Below, piece after piece: positions 9,808-18,874 of a DNA stretch of 64,000 nucleotides (position 1 is its first letter; each line of letters begins with the position of its first letter). The stretch comes from Thermoanaerobaculia bacterium (GTDB lineage Bacteria > Acidobacteriota > Thermoanaerobaculia > Gp7-AA8). A program made the translations under genes and the position numbers. The stretch lies in the NCBI GenBank assembly GCA_035468985.1, contig DATISF010000028.1, positions 38,937 to 102,936 on the forward strand, given 5' to 3'. The notes under the pieces were generated by a model. It ran no database searches and was not told the DNA's origin. It was given only the letters and a program-made list of their open reading frames with translations.

Positions 9808-10719
9808 CGTCTCCTCTCCTCCGGCGAGTTTCTGCTGCCGCATGGCCGCCGCTCCGAGGAGGCCTCCCATGCCCATCGATTCGACGGCGGTACTGGGAAC
9901 GAGCATCAGCGCGCCCTTTTCTTTCAGCCCTTCGTAGAGCATGTTCATGGCCCGGAGATGCAGCGCGGTCGGATTCTCGTGATACGACACGGATGCCTCC
10001 TTGAACAGCTTGGCGATCTCGACCTCGGCCTGCCCGAGGATGACGCGGGCCTGCTTTTCGCGCGCGGCCTGCGCTTCGCGGGACATGGCGTCCTGCAGCG
10101 CATCGGGAATGACCACGTCGCGCATCTCCACGGACTGAACGCTGACGCCCCAGGGATTCGAGCGCGCGTCGATGAGCTTCTGCAGCTCTTCTTCGATCTT
10201 TTCGCGTCCGCGGAGCAGATCGGTCAAGTACGTCCGTCCGATGATGTCGCGAAGCGCGGTCTGCGAGGCCCAGCTCACCGCGTCCTGATACTGCTGCACC
10301 TCGAGCGCGGCCTTCTCGGGGTCGTAAACCAGCCAGAAGAGGACCGCATCGACGTTCACCGGAACCGTGTCCGAGGTGAGCGTCTGCTCGGCGGCAAAGC
10401 TCGTGGTGATGATGCGCTGATCGATGTACAACGACACCGTGTCGATCAGCGGCACGACCCAGAACAGTCCCGGGCCGCGCATGCCCGCGTACCTGCCGAG
10501 GCGCAGGACGATTGCCTTCTCCCACTGCTTGGCGATTCTGGGCGAGAGAGAAAGGATGAACGCGATGACCAGACCGCCGATGAACCACAGCGGATTGCGC
10601 CTGCTGATCGCGACAGTCAGGCCCGCGGCGCTCACCATGATGAACACGAGCACGGCGATGATGTTGATCCGCAGATCGACACTCTTCCCATCCTTGGCGA
10701 CAACCGGTGGTACGAACAT
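9805..10719 (-). CDS. SPFH/band-7 (stomatin/prohibitin/HflC-like) membrane protein
   Basis: The protein has an N-terminal TM segment, then the core SPFH pattern IDQRIITTSF...VPVNVDAVLFWLVYDPEKA...ALRDIIGR, then a coiled-coil tail. Confidence 0.75.
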   Translation of the reverse strand: MFVPPVVAKDGKSVDLRINIIAVLVFIMVSAAGLTVAISRRNPLWFIGGLVIAFILSLSPRIAKQWEKAIVLRLGRYAGMRGPGLFWVVPLIDTVSLYIDQRIITTSFAAEQTLTSDTVPVNVDAVLFWLVYDPEKAALEVQQYQDAVSWASQTALRDIIGRTYLTDLLRGREKIEEELQKLIDARSNPWGVSVQSVEMRDVVIPDALQDAMSREAQAAREKQARVILGQAEVEIAKLFKEASVSYHENPTALHLRAMNMLYEGLKEKGALMLVPSTAVESMGMGGLLGAAAMRQQKLAGGEET

Positions 10720-10723
10720 GGCC

Positions 10724-11101
10724 TCAGTCTCCTTCCTTCACTCGGCGCGAGAGGTAACGTGAGATTTCGCGCTGTGAAAACCCGATCGATGCGGCGTCGG
10801 CGAGCAGGCGATCGACCAGCTCGCGGAGACGCCGTTCGCGAAGAGGCTCGTGCTCGTCGGGCGGGCGCCGGTCGGAGATGAACGTTCCGACCCCGCGCTT
10901 CGTCTGGACGATGCCTTCGCGCTCCAACGCGAGGTAGACCTTCGCGACCGTGTTGGCATTGACGCGAAGGTCGACCGCGAGCTGGCGCACGGTCGGAAGC
11001 TGCTGTCCCGGCTTGAGCTTTCCGCTGGCGATCTCGACGCGGATGGCTCTCTCGAGCTGCGCGTAAATGGGCGTTGGATCTCGAGGATCGATCTGCACCA
11101 T
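10724..11101 (-). CDS. GntR-family (YtrA-like, HTH-only) transcriptional regulator
   Basis: The N-terminal wHTH reads PIYAQLERAIRVEIASGKLKPGQQLPTVRQLAVDLRVNANTVAKVYLALEREGIVQTKRGVGTFI. The size is small, about 125 aa. The start is taken at the ATG (MVQIDPR) rather than the TTG at 11122. Confidence 0.7.
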   Translation of the reverse strand: MVQIDPRDPTPIYAQLERAIRVEIASGKLKPGQQLPTVRQLAVDLRVNANTVAKVYLALEREGIVQTKRGVGTFISDRRPPDEHEPLRERRLRELVDRLLADAASIGFSQREISRYLSRRVKEGD

Positions 11102-11121
11102 TGTACTATCATAATAGTACA
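11100..11121. promoter_or_regulatory. Perfect 9-4-9 palindrome TTGTACTAT-CATA-ATAGTACAA, a candidate GntR autoregulatory operator
   Basis: This is a rare AT-rich palindrome. It sits at the 5' end of the GntR gene, in the divergent region shared with the YeaQ-like gene. It fits the GT-Nx-AC operator logic of GntR-family regulators. Confidence 0.4.
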
Positions 11122-11193
11122 AGTATCGTCACTGGTCAAGGGGCAATCGGCATCGAAATCGCAGAGCGAGCCGTCGAGGGGAGAACAACAACC

Positions 11194-11445
11194 ATGACGG
11201 TCACGGGTCTGATCTGGTTTCTACTCATCGGACTGATCGCCGGCTGGCTGGCCGGGCAGGTCATGCGCGGCGGCGGTTACGGCGTCATCGGCGACATGAT
11301 CGTCGGCGTCATCGGCGCACTCATCGGCGGCTGGCTCTTCGGCCTCCTCGGCATTTCGGCCGGAGGATTGATCGGATCGCTCATCACCGCATTCGTCGGC
11401 GCGGTCCTGCTCATTCTTCTGCTGCGGCTGATCCGGCGCGCCTGA
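11194..11445 (+). CDS. GlsB/YeaQ/YmgE-family transglycosylase-associated small membrane protein
   Basis: The 83-aa protein, MTVTGLIWFLLIGLIAGWLAG...GGYGVIGDMIVGVIGALIGGW, has two TM helices with the characteristic glycine zipper. Confidence 0.7.
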   Translation: MTVTGLIWFLLIGLIAGWLAGQVMRGGGYGVIGDMIVGVIGALIGGWLFGLLGISAGGLIGSLITAFVGAVLLILLLRLIRRA

Positions 11446-11656
11446 TCAACGACGCGCTACCGGCGTTGAAGCTCGCCCACCGCGGTCGCGGCGACGTTGA
11501 TCGCGATCGAGATGACAGCGAGGATCGGGAAGAGGGCACTCCGGCGGCCGAGGACGGCCGCCGCTCCACTCATCGGAATGGCGAGCCGAAAAAGTAGACG
11601 AACGCGATCCGCCCGCACGACCACGAACCGGCCGGCGGCGATCCGCGAATCGGACC

Positions 11657-12313
11657 TCACACCGACATCTGCGGGACCCTGCCCTCGACGATCAGCTTCG
11701 GCTCGGTCATCTGCTGGACCTGTTCCGCCGTAACGCCCGGTGCGAGCTCGACCAGCTTCAGCCCCTTCGGCGTGACGTCGAGGACGCAGGAGTCGGTGAT
11801 GATCCGGTCGACGCACTTCACGCCGGTCAGCGGCAGCGCGCACTGGTTGAGGATCTTCTTCTCCCCTTTTTTCGTGACGTGCTCCATCGTCACGATGAGC
11901 CGTTTCGCGCCGGCGACGAGATCCATCGCACCACCCATCCCCTTGACCATCGCTCCCGGCACCATCCAGTTGGCGATGTCGCCTTCGGCCGACACCTGCA
12001 TCGCGCCGAGGATCGAGAGATCGACTTTGCCGCCGCGGATCATGGCGAATGAGTCGGCGCTCGAGAAGAACGCGGCGCCCGGCAGGATGGTCACCGTCTG
12101 CTTGCCGGCGTTGATCAGATCGGCGTCGACTTCATCGTCGGTCGGGAACGGACCGAGTCCGAGAATCCCGTTTTCCGATTGCAGAACGACTTCCATTCCG
12201 GCTGGAATGCAGTTGGCGACGAGAGTGGGCATCCCGATGCCGAGGTTGACGTAGTAGCCGTCGCGCAGCTCCTGCGCGGCACGGCGGACGATCTGTTCGC
12301 GACTGAGTGGCAT
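11657..12313 (-). CDS. scoB: 3-oxoacid CoA-transferase subunit B
   Basis: Conserved CoA-transferase family I beta-subunit motifs are present: ...GMPTLV...ENG..G.GP..., and [13 protein letters not shown]. Confidence 0.85.
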   Translation of the reverse strand: MPLSREQIVRRAAQELRDGYYVNLGIGMPTLVANCIPAGMEVVLQSENGILGLGPFPTDDEVDADLINAGKQTVTILPGAAFFSSADSFAMIRGGKVDLSILGAMQVSAEGDIANWMVPGAMVKGMGGAMDLVAGAKRLIVTMEHVTKKGEKKILNQCALPLTGVKCVDRIITDSCVLDVTPKGLKLVELAPGVTAEQVQQMTEPKLIVEGRVPQMSV

Positions 12314-12316
12314 CGC

Positions 12317-13012
12317 TTACCCCTTCCTCACCGTTCGCTGCTCGATGCGCTTTTCCCGTTTCGCCACGATCACCCGGTGCACGAAGATACCGGGGGTGTG
12401 GACGTGATCGGGCTCGATCTGGCCCGGCTCGACGAGCTCCTCCACCTCGGCGATGCAGACCTTGCCGGCAGTCGCCGCCATCGGATTGAAGTTGCGCGCG
12501 GTCTTCCGGTACACGAGATTGCCGAAGCGATCGGCTTTCTGTGCGGCGACGAGAGAGAAGTCGCCGACGATGCCGCGCTCCATCACGTACATCCGCCCGT
12601 CGAACTCACGCGTTTCTTTCCCCTTGGCCACGATCGTTCCGAAGCCGGCGGGAGTGAAGAATGCCGGGATGCCCGCGCCGCCCGTGCGCATGCGTTCGGC
12701 GAGCGTTCCCTGCGGGACGAACTCCACCTCCAGCTCGCCGGCCAGATATTGCCGTTCGAATTCGGCGTTCTCGCCGACGTACGACGACACCATCTTGCGC
12801 ACCTGTTTCGTCTGCAGCAGCAGGCCAAGGCCCCAGTTGTCGACACCGGCGTTGTTGGACACGCAGGTGAGGTTCTTCACCTTCTTCTTCACGAGAGCGT
12901 TGATCAGATTCTCGGGAATCCCACAGAGACCGAATCCGCCGACAACGAGCGTGGCGCCGTCGAAGACGTCTTTCACCGCTTCGTCGGCCGAGGCGACGAC
13001 TTTGTTGATCAT
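12317..13012 (-). CDS. scoA: 3-oxoacid CoA-transferase subunit A
   Basis: The N-terminus matches the alpha-subunit pattern [32 protein letters not shown]. The gene lies directly upstream of scoB on the same strand. Confidence 0.85.
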   Translation of the reverse strand: MINKVVASADEAVKDVFDGATLVVGGFGLCGIPENLINALVKKKVKNLTCVSNNAGVDNWGLGLLLQTKQVRKMVSSYVGENAEFERQYLAGELEVEFVPQGTLAERMRTGGAGIPAFFTPAGFGTIVAKGKETREFDGRMYVMERGIVGDFSLVAAQKADRFGNLVYRKTARNFNPMAATAGKVCIAEVEELVEPGQIEPDHVHTPGIFVHRVIVAKREKRIEQRTVRKG

Positions 13013-13025
13013 GCGCGGGAAGATA

Positions 13026-13667
13026 TCAAATCGGCCGCCGTTGCAGATGTGCGTCGAATCGGATCGGCACGGGCCGAATCTGGATCCTGCTGCTGTACGC
13101 GATGTACAACGGATGTTCCACCCGGATCGTGTCAGACGTTTGAGGGTCGGAATTCGGCGGACAGCCCAGCTCGAAGAGAAAAAAACCGTCGCTCGAGCTC
13201 GCCTTCGTCATTCCAAAGAAGGAGATCTGCGCACCCGGGATCGGCACGTCCGTCCACTCCTCGGTGACATATCCGCTGACGTACCCGCATCCAGGCGTCG
13301 GCAACGTCCCCTTCGGAAGAACGATCGTACGCACGTTGTCGCCGCGTTTCAGATCCACGATGGTGGTCGCGAACGGTTTCGGATCGATCGCCACGTAGAC
13401 GTCGACCGCGTACAGGCCATGCCCCATGTCGCCGATCCTGAAACTGCCATTCGCATCCGTGGAAGCCTCATATCGGATGTTGTCGCGGTGAACGACGAGA
13501 TGGGCGTTCTCGACTGGAGGTCCTTCCGCGGACAGCACGCGACCGCTGAACGTCGAATCGCCGAGGGCGCCCATGGGGTTCGGAAGGGTCGGCTCCGTCG
13601 GCGACTCATGGCGGCGGCAGGCCCCGATGAGGAGCACGACCCCAATCAGGCAGCGCGCCGTTCTCAT
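13026..13667 (-). CDS. Secreted or lipoprotein hypothetical with a carboxypeptidase-regulatory-like (transthyretin-fold) domain
   Basis: A signal peptide with a lipobox (LLIGAC) is followed by [18 protein letters not shown]...[21 protein letters not shown]. This is the CarbopepD_reg-like beta-sandwich pattern. Confidence 0.5.
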   Translation of the reverse strand: MRTARCLIGVVLLIGACRRHESPTEPTLPNPMGALGDSTFSGRVLSAEGPPVENAHLVVHRDNIRYEASTDANGSFRIGDMGHGLYAVDVYVAIDPKPFATTIVDLKRGDNVRTIVLPKGTLPTPGCGYVSGYVTEEWTDVPIPGAQISFFGMTKASSSDGFFLFELGCPPNSDPQTSDTIRVEHPLYIAYSSRIQIRPVPIRFDAHLQRRPI

Positions 13668-14071
13668 CGTGGTTGCAGCTGGATGTCAAGCTCGGTCGAG
13701 TACGTCGGCACGTACATCGGCGTCTGGAACGTCGGGTATGCCGGGTGCTCGACCGTGAGTTGGTCTCTTGTGTTCGCCGGAGGCAGGCATCCGAGAGAAA
13801 TCGAATACGCGCCGTCATCGGCGGCGGTGAGGGTCTGGTGGAAGAAGCTGACCGTGGCTCCGGCGATGCCGCGACGGGTGTTCGCGTCGAGAATCACGCC
13901 GCCGACCACCTCGCAACGATTGGCGGAGATCGTGGAGTCGAGAACGTCGCTCGGAATGGGACCGAGGTCGATGCTCGTCGCGGCCGCGAGCTCGTTCGAA
14001 TCGGGCGGGAACACCTCGACGAAGTCATGGCCGCCCGGCAGATCGAGCATCACCGTAGTTGCCGCGGGCAT
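13664..14071 (-). CDS. Hypothetical protein with a second carboxypeptidase-regulatory-like domain, paralogous to the neighbouring gene
   Basis: VVGGVILDANTRRGIAGATVSFFHQTLTAADDGAYSIS resembles the same fold. It overlaps the downstream paralog by 4 nt (ATGA). Confidence 0.4.
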   Translation of the reverse strand: MPAATTVMLDLPGGHDFVEVFPPDSNELAAATSIDLGPIPSDVLDSTISANRCEVVGGVILDANTRRGIAGATVSFFHQTLTAADDGAYSISLGCLPPANTRDQLTVEHPAYPTFQTPMYVPTYSTELDIQLQPR

Positions 14072-14198
14072 CGGTTCGGACCTCTGTGCGCCCGGACTTC
14101 AGGCTCGGCGGGAAGCTCGTGGCGGCAGGATAACAGGAGAAAGGAGATGCGACCAGGGATGACCGGGACATTCATCCGTGGATACGGTCCTGAAGAGG

Positions 14199-15002
14199 TC
14201 AGCGTTGGGCGGGCGCGGCGCAGTGCACGGCGTCCATGAGCCGCGTCGCGCCCGGACAGTAGTGCTGCGCATACCCGCCGAGAGCGATCGAGAGGGCGAG
14301 GATCGCCACAAACGGGAGGAACGTTCGCCGGACGATGCTCCCGACCCAGCTTCCTCGGCTCGCGTTGCGCGCATGCTTGGTGAGAGTTCCGGCCAGGATG
14401 GCGTTGAAGGCGGTCTCGCCCAGGATCGTCGGCGCCGCCCAGATCACCCACACGAACGCGGCAACCACGGCCAGCACGACGACGATCACGAGCACGACGA
14501 GGAACAGCTCGCCGAGATCGCTGTCCCCCCCTCCGCTACTGCTGCCACCACCGCCGGATCCTTTCGAGGAGAAGACCGCGCTTCCCCAGCTTCCGGTCGC
14601 GCCTCCGCCGCCGAAACGCCCGCCCCCCGTGTCGAACGACGAGCTGCCGCCCGACGAGCTCGACGACGATCCGCCGCTGCTGAAATCGAAACCGTCGAGC
14701 CAGTTGCCGCCGCTCTTCGACGCTCTCCGTTGCGCGGCCGCGGCAAACAAGCCGATGTACCAGAGCCACAGCTTCACGCTGGTGACGAAGACCGCGTACG
14801 CGACGGTGACCGCGAGTGCGTAGCGAAACCAGAGAACGCCCAGCCCTGCCGATGCCAGAAACCGGGTGGTGACGATCCCCGCCAGCAGCGTGGCGGCGAG
14901 CATCGCCGTCATGTGCAGGCGGAGGAAAAAGCGGTGCTGCAAAGCCGCGGCGAAGCGCTTTTCAGACGCCGGTTCCGCGGCAGCGACTGCAACTTCCGTC
15001 AA
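14199..15002 (-). CDS. Polytopic membrane protein with a central Gly/Ser-rich low-complexity loop
   Basis: It has at least four hydrophobic helices. The loop at residues 100-165 is almost entirely G, S, F and D: SGGSSSSSSGGSSSFDTGGGRFGGGGATGSWG. I could not assign a family. Confidence 0.45.
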   Translation of the reverse strand: MTEVAVAAAEPASEKRFAAALQHRFFLRLHMTAMLAATLLAGIVTTRFLASAGLGVLWFRYALAVTVAYAVFVTSVKLWLWYIGLFAAAAQRRASKSGGNWLDGFDFSSGGSSSSSSGGSSSFDTGGGRFGGGGATGSWGSAVFSSKGSGGGGSSSGGGDSDLGELFLVVLVIVVVLAVVAAFVWVIWAAPTILGETAFNAILAGTLTKHARNASRGSWVGSIVRRTFLPFVAILALSIALGGYAQHYCPGATRLMDAVHCAAPAQR

Positions 15003-15008
15003 GAGACC

Positions 15009-16118
15009 TCAGTGCGTATGAGCGTGGTCATGATCGTGATGATGATGCTCGCCCGAGCCGCGCGTCTGGCCCTCCGTCCCGCTCTCGACCTGCTCCACGA
15101 TCTGCCGGGCGCATTCGGTGAAGGCGATCGCGGCCGGCGACGTCGGGTCCATCACCACGATCGGCTCGCCGGAGTCGCCGCCGACGACGACCTTCGGATC
15201 GATCGGCACCTCGCCGAGGAACGGAACGCCGAGCATCTCGGCGGTCTTGTGTCCACCGCCGTGCCCGAAGATCTCTTCGCGCTCGCCGCAGTGACGGCAG
15301 ATGAAGTAGCTCATGTTCTCGACGATGCCGAGGACCGGAACGTTCACTTTGCGGAACATGGCCAGGCCTTTGCGCGCATCGATGAGCGCCACGTCCTGCG
15401 GCGTCGTCACAATCACCGCGCCGGTCAGCGGCACCTTCTGCGTGAGCGTCAGCTGCGCGTCGCCGGTCCCGGGAGGGAGATCGATGATCATGAAATCGAG
15501 CGTGCCCCACTTCACGTCGGTGAGGAACTGGTCGAGCGCCTTCATGACCATCGGGCCGCGCCAGATCACCGGCGTGTCGACGTCGGTGATGAGGCCGAGC
15601 GACATCGTCTTCACGCCGTGGTTCTCCATCGGCATGATCTTCTCGTCGTGTTCGTCGATCTGAGGACGTCCGGTGATGCCGAGCATCATCTGCTGCGAGG
15701 GACCATAAATATCGGCATCGAGAAGTCCGACCGTGTAGCCGAGGCGGCGGAGGGCGAGCGAAAGGTTCGTGGAGACCGTCGACTTGCCGACGCCGCCTTT
15801 TCCCGAAGCGACCGCGATCTTGTACTTCACGCCCGGGAGGATCTCGGCGCCCATGATCGGCGCGGCGGTCTGGCGCGAGCCGATGTCGAGACTAGCCATC
15901 ACCTGCGTCACACCGGGAAGCGCGCGAACCGCCGCTTCGGCGTCGCGGACGATCTGATGACCGACGTTCGGGTTCTCGGTCTGGAACTTGATCGTGAACG
16001 TCACGATCCCTTCCTTCACTTTGACGTCGTGCACGAATCCGAACGAGACGATGTCCCGCGACAGACCCGGGAACTTCACCTTCTTCAGCGCGTCGAGAAC
16101 CTGCTCCTGAGTCGGCAT
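15009..16118 (-). CDS. apbC: Mrp/ApbC/NBP35-family Fe-S cluster carrier ATPase
   Basis: The N-terminus is an MIP18-like domain. The Walker A is KIAVASGKGGVGKST, and a CxxC site is present at ICRHCGE. A His-rich tail is typical. The start is trimmed to MPTQEQV, which overlaps the upstream stop by 1 nt. Confidence 0.85.
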   Translation of the reverse strand: MPTQEQVLDALKKVKFPGLSRDIVSFGFVHDVKVKEGIVTFTIKFQTENPNVGHQIVRDAEAAVRALPGVTQVMASLDIGSRQTAAPIMGAEILPGVKYKIAVASGKGGVGKSTVSTNLSLALRRLGYTVGLLDADIYGPSQQMMLGITGRPQIDEHDEKIMPMENHGVKTMSLGLITDVDTPVIWRGPMVMKALDQFLTDVKWGTLDFMIIDLPPGTGDAQLTLTQKVPLTGAVIVTTPQDVALIDARKGLAMFRKVNVPVLGIVENMSYFICRHCGEREEIFGHGGGHKTAEMLGVPFLGEVPIDPKVVVGGDSGEPIVVMDPTSPAAIAFTECARQIVEQVESGTEGQTRGSGEHHHHDHDHAHTH

Positions 16119-16858
16119 CACTTTTCCCCTTTGAATCGTTCGTACGACGCGCGGATGATGGGAACCGCCTCCTCCGCCGAGGAGACGACCTTCACCACGT
16201 CGAGATCGGGCGGACTGACCAGACCCCGCTCGACCATGGTTCCGCGGATCCAGTCGATCAAACCGTTCCACATTGTACCGACCAGAATCAGGGGATGCTC
16301 CTTCATGTGCTTCACCTGAAGGAGCTGCCAGACCATGAACATTTCCAACGCCGTCCCGATGCCGCCGGGGAACACGATGAATGCCGACGACAGCCGCACG
16401 AAATGATGAAGGCGCGAGAAAAACGTGCGGTGCCGGAAGACCTTGTCGACGAACGGATTGGACTGCTCTTCGCTCGGAAGATGGATGGCCAGGCCGAAGG
16501 AGCGCGCATGGCTCTCGATCTGTCCCTCGATCGCGCCCGAGTTCGCCGCCTCCATCAGACCGGGACCGCCGCCGGTGACGATGTCGATGCCCATGTGGGC
16601 CAGCTCGTAGCTGAGCTTCTTCACATCGTCATAGATCGGGTCGCCACGCCGGATCCGCGAGCTGCCGAAGATCGAGACGCGGTAGTGCTCCACGCGCTCC
16701 GGCTGGATCTGGTCGATATCGTTGATGGTTTCCCAGAGCTGGTAGATGGCTTTATCGAGGATGTACGTGGGATCGGGCGAGTTCCGCTTCTTCGCCGTAG
16801 TCTGCGCCTGCCGCAGCTCCTCCAACTCCGGTGTGGTGGTTTTTCGCGAATTGGGCAT
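16118..16858 (-). CDS. LOG-family cytokinin riboside 5'-monophosphate phosphoribohydrolase (TIGR00730-like)
   Basis: The LOG motifs VSIFGSSR...DIVTGGGPGLMEAANSGA...GGIGTALE are present. Confidence 0.8.
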   Translation of the reverse strand: MPNSRKTTTPELEELRQAQTTAKKRNSPDPTYILDKAIYQLWETINDIDQIQPERVEHYRVSIFGSSRIRRGDPIYDDVKKLSYELAHMGIDIVTGGGPGLMEAANSGAIEGQIESHARSFGLAIHLPSEEQSNPFVDKVFRHRTFFSRLHHFVRLSSAFIVFPGGIGTALEMFMVWQLLQVKHMKEHPLILVGTMWNGLIDWIRGTMVERGLVSPPDLDVVKVVSSAEEAVPIIRASYERFKGEK

Positions 16859-16861
16859 GAT

Positions 16862-16898
16862 GTCGGCCCGCTGAGAGGCGGGCCGGACATGATACCAG
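16862..16898 (-). promoter_or_regulatory. GC hairpin immediately 5' of the LOG start codon that could sequester the RBS
   Basis: On the mRNA strand the sequence is GTCCGGCCCGC-CTCTCA-GCGGGCCGAC, ending about 4 nt before the AUG. Confidence 0.25.
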
Positions 16899-16903
16899 TG
16901 CCC

Positions 16904-16978
16904 GTCATCCTGAGCGGAGCGAACGACCTCAGGTTACGCGTCAGGAGATCCTTCGCCGTCTTCGCGGCTCAGGATGAC
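16904..16978. repeat. Short variant of the REP-like palindromic element
   Basis: The sequence is GTCATCCTGAGCGGAGCGAACGACCTCAGG...GAGATCCTTCGCCGTCTTCGCGGCTCAGGATGAC. Confidence 0.7.
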
Positions 16979-16988
16979 CTCTCCGACG

Positions 16989-17582
16989 TCACTTCGTGAT
17001 CCAGACGTCCTTCGAGAACGTCTTCAATTTCGCCTCGGCCGCCTTCGCCTCCTCCTCGGAGAGGAACTTCACGCGGACGCGGAAAATCGTCCCCTTCTCG
17101 GTCGTCGGACCGCGCTCGACGTAGGCCGACGTGAAGCCGCCGTCGATCAGCTTCGCTGCAAGGGCCTCGGCAGTCTTCTGATCCGAAGTCGAGAGGAGCT
17201 GCGCGAAGTGAGGAACGGGAGCAATGGATGGAGCGCCTGCCTTCGCCGGCTCGGTCTTCGCTTTTGGCGGCGCGACACCGGCTGGAGCCGGTGCTCCATT
17301 CGCCTCTTCCGTGATTTTCGCCGGCTCGACCTGCTTGAAGTCGTCGTCGCGCACCGGAACCTCGCGCGTCACCGCCTTCCGCGGAACCACGCTCGCCTCG
17401 GTCACCACCGGCTCCTTGCGAGACGCGAATCGGTCGTCGCCCTGTCCGCGGCCGATCAGAAGGCCGAACGCAAACGACGCCGCGAGCGAGAGCAGCAGCA
17501 GAACGAAGGCGAGAAACGCCTGTCCGGCGGTGAGAGACACTTCGTAATGGGATTGATCGTCGGCGAGAGTTTCTTCAGACAT
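16989..17582 (-). CDS. SPOR-domain protein that is membrane-anchored and peptidoglycan-binding
   Basis: An N-terminal TM segment is followed by a Pro/Ala-rich linker. The C-terminus, FTSAYVE...IFRVRVKFLSEEEAKAAEAKLK, fits the SPOR fold. Confidence 0.6.
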   Translation of the reverse strand: MSEETLADDQSHYEVSLTAGQAFLAFVLLLLSLAASFAFGLLIGRGQGDDRFASRKEPVVTEASVVPRKAVTREVPVRDDDFKQVEPAKITEEANGAPAPAGVAPPKAKTEPAKAGAPSIAPVPHFAQLLSTSDQKTAEALAAKLIDGGFTSAYVERGPTTEKGTIFRVRVKFLSEEEAKAAEAKLKTFSKDVWITK

Positions 17583-17602
17583 GTCACGCCCTCCCGTTCA
17601 CT

Positions 17603-18277
17603 TCACTTCTCTGCCTGAGGCTGCGGTGGCGCAGCAGCGTTCCAGTTTGTGTGATAGACCACGCTGTTGTCAAAGTAAATGGCCGAGGCGCCGCCGTCGG
17701 CCTTGGGATAGATCCAGACCGAGTAGACCCGGCTGTTCTGGACGACCTGCTTGATCCAGTCCTCGCGCGGCAGCCCCACGAGCTTCCTGACGTCGGCCTC
17801 GCTCATGCCCGTCTTGACCGCGGCAAAGGAATTCATCGACACGAAACGCCGCTGCTCCGCCGCCGCGATCCGCTGCGGCGCGTCGCGATTCGACGGGTCG
17901 ATCTGCATCGCCTCGCGATACGCCTGGATGGCCTTGTCGTACCGGGAGAGGACGGTCATGTACTCGTCACCAACGACGATCTTCTCGTTCGCGAGAACGG
18001 TTGCCGCGCGCGGATCGCCGGTGCGGTCGTGATATTCGCGAAGCTTGTCGATGAACGCGATGTACGTCGGCTCCATCTTCCGATGGTTCTCGAGCGCCAG
18101 TTCGATCACCTGCTTGCGCGTCGCGTTGGCCGGAGGAACCTGCTGCGCCGCGCGGAGGTTGCGAATCCACTGGTAATCGGCCATCAGAAGATTCCATTCG
18201 CGATCGTTCGGACGCGTCGGAGGGCCGGGGGTCGCGCAGGCAGCAGCAAACAGGAGAAGGACGACGAGCTTCCGCAT
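17603..18277 (-). CDS. Hypothetical lipoprotein
   Basis: The start is taken at MRKLVVLLLFAAAC, a signal peptide plus lipobox. No family was recognised. Confidence 0.45.
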   Translation of the reverse strand: MRKLVVLLLFAAACATPGPPTRPNDREWNLLMADYQWIRNLRAAQQVPPANATRKQVIELALENHRKMEPTYIAFIDKLREYHDRTGDPRAATVLANEKIVVGDEYMTVLSRYDKAIQAYREAMQIDPSNRDAPQRIAAAEQRRFVSMNSFAAVKTGMSEADVRKLVGLPREDWIKQVVQNSRVYSVWIYPKADGGASAIYFDNSVVYHTNWNAAAPPQPQAEK

Positions 18278-18349
18278 CACTGCGGTTATTTTAACCGCAT
18301 GAGCTCGACGCGCTGAACTCACGAGGTCCGCAGGCTTATCGGACGATCG

Positions 18350-18860
18350 ATGACCAGGAACGGACGAAGCGCGCCGGCATGACGGCTGGGGAATCCTTGC
18401 GCAGGTCGTTGCTCACGTCATCCTGAGCCGCGAAGACGGCGAAGGATCTCGAAATGGTACGCGTTTTCGCATTCTGAGATCCTTCGTCGCGCTTCGCCGA
18501 CTCAGGATGACGTGAACATCCAGGGGCGGATGGCCACGGCAACGAGGGCGGCCACGACGATCGCCGACGATCGCCGCGCTCGCGGCCGGTGCAATCATTG
18601 CCCTGCTGACCAGGAACGGACGACGCGCGCCGGCATGACGGCTGGGGAATCCTTGAGCAAGTCGTTGTTCACGTCATCCTGAGCCGCGAAGACGGCGAAG
18701 GATCTCGAAATGGCACGCGTTTTCCCATCCTGAGATCCTTCGTCGCGCTTCGCCGACTCAGGATGACGTGAACATGGCCACGGCAACGAGGGCGGCCACG
18801 ACGATCGCCAACGATCGCCGCGCTCGCGGCCGGTGCAATCATTGCCCTGCTGACATGGTC
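18350..18860. repeat. Two tandem copies of a roughly 260-bp composite unit, each containing a reverse-oriented REP-like element (18396-18516 and 18651-18773) plus about 120 bp of spacer
   Basis: The segments starting with GACCAGGAACGGACGA at 18350 and 18609 are near-identical. The REP arms are GTCATCCTGAGCCGCGAAGACGGCGAAGGATCTC and GAGATCCTTCGTCGCGCTTCGCCGACTCAGGATGAC. Confidence 0.8.
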
Positions 18861-18874
18861 GCTGCGCTGCTTCC

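Noticed and set aside
16865-16895. A TPP riboswitch, suggested by a CTGAGA motif in a hairpin.
   Set aside because: The motif is on the non-transcribed strand for the downstream gene, and the other conserved TPP aptamer segments are absent.
18530-18850. A sigma-54-like CGGTGCAATCATTGCC motif that occurs twice.
   Set aside because: It lies inside the duplicated repeat spacer. It has a weaker match to consensus than the tonB site and no downstream gene with an RBS at the right distance.
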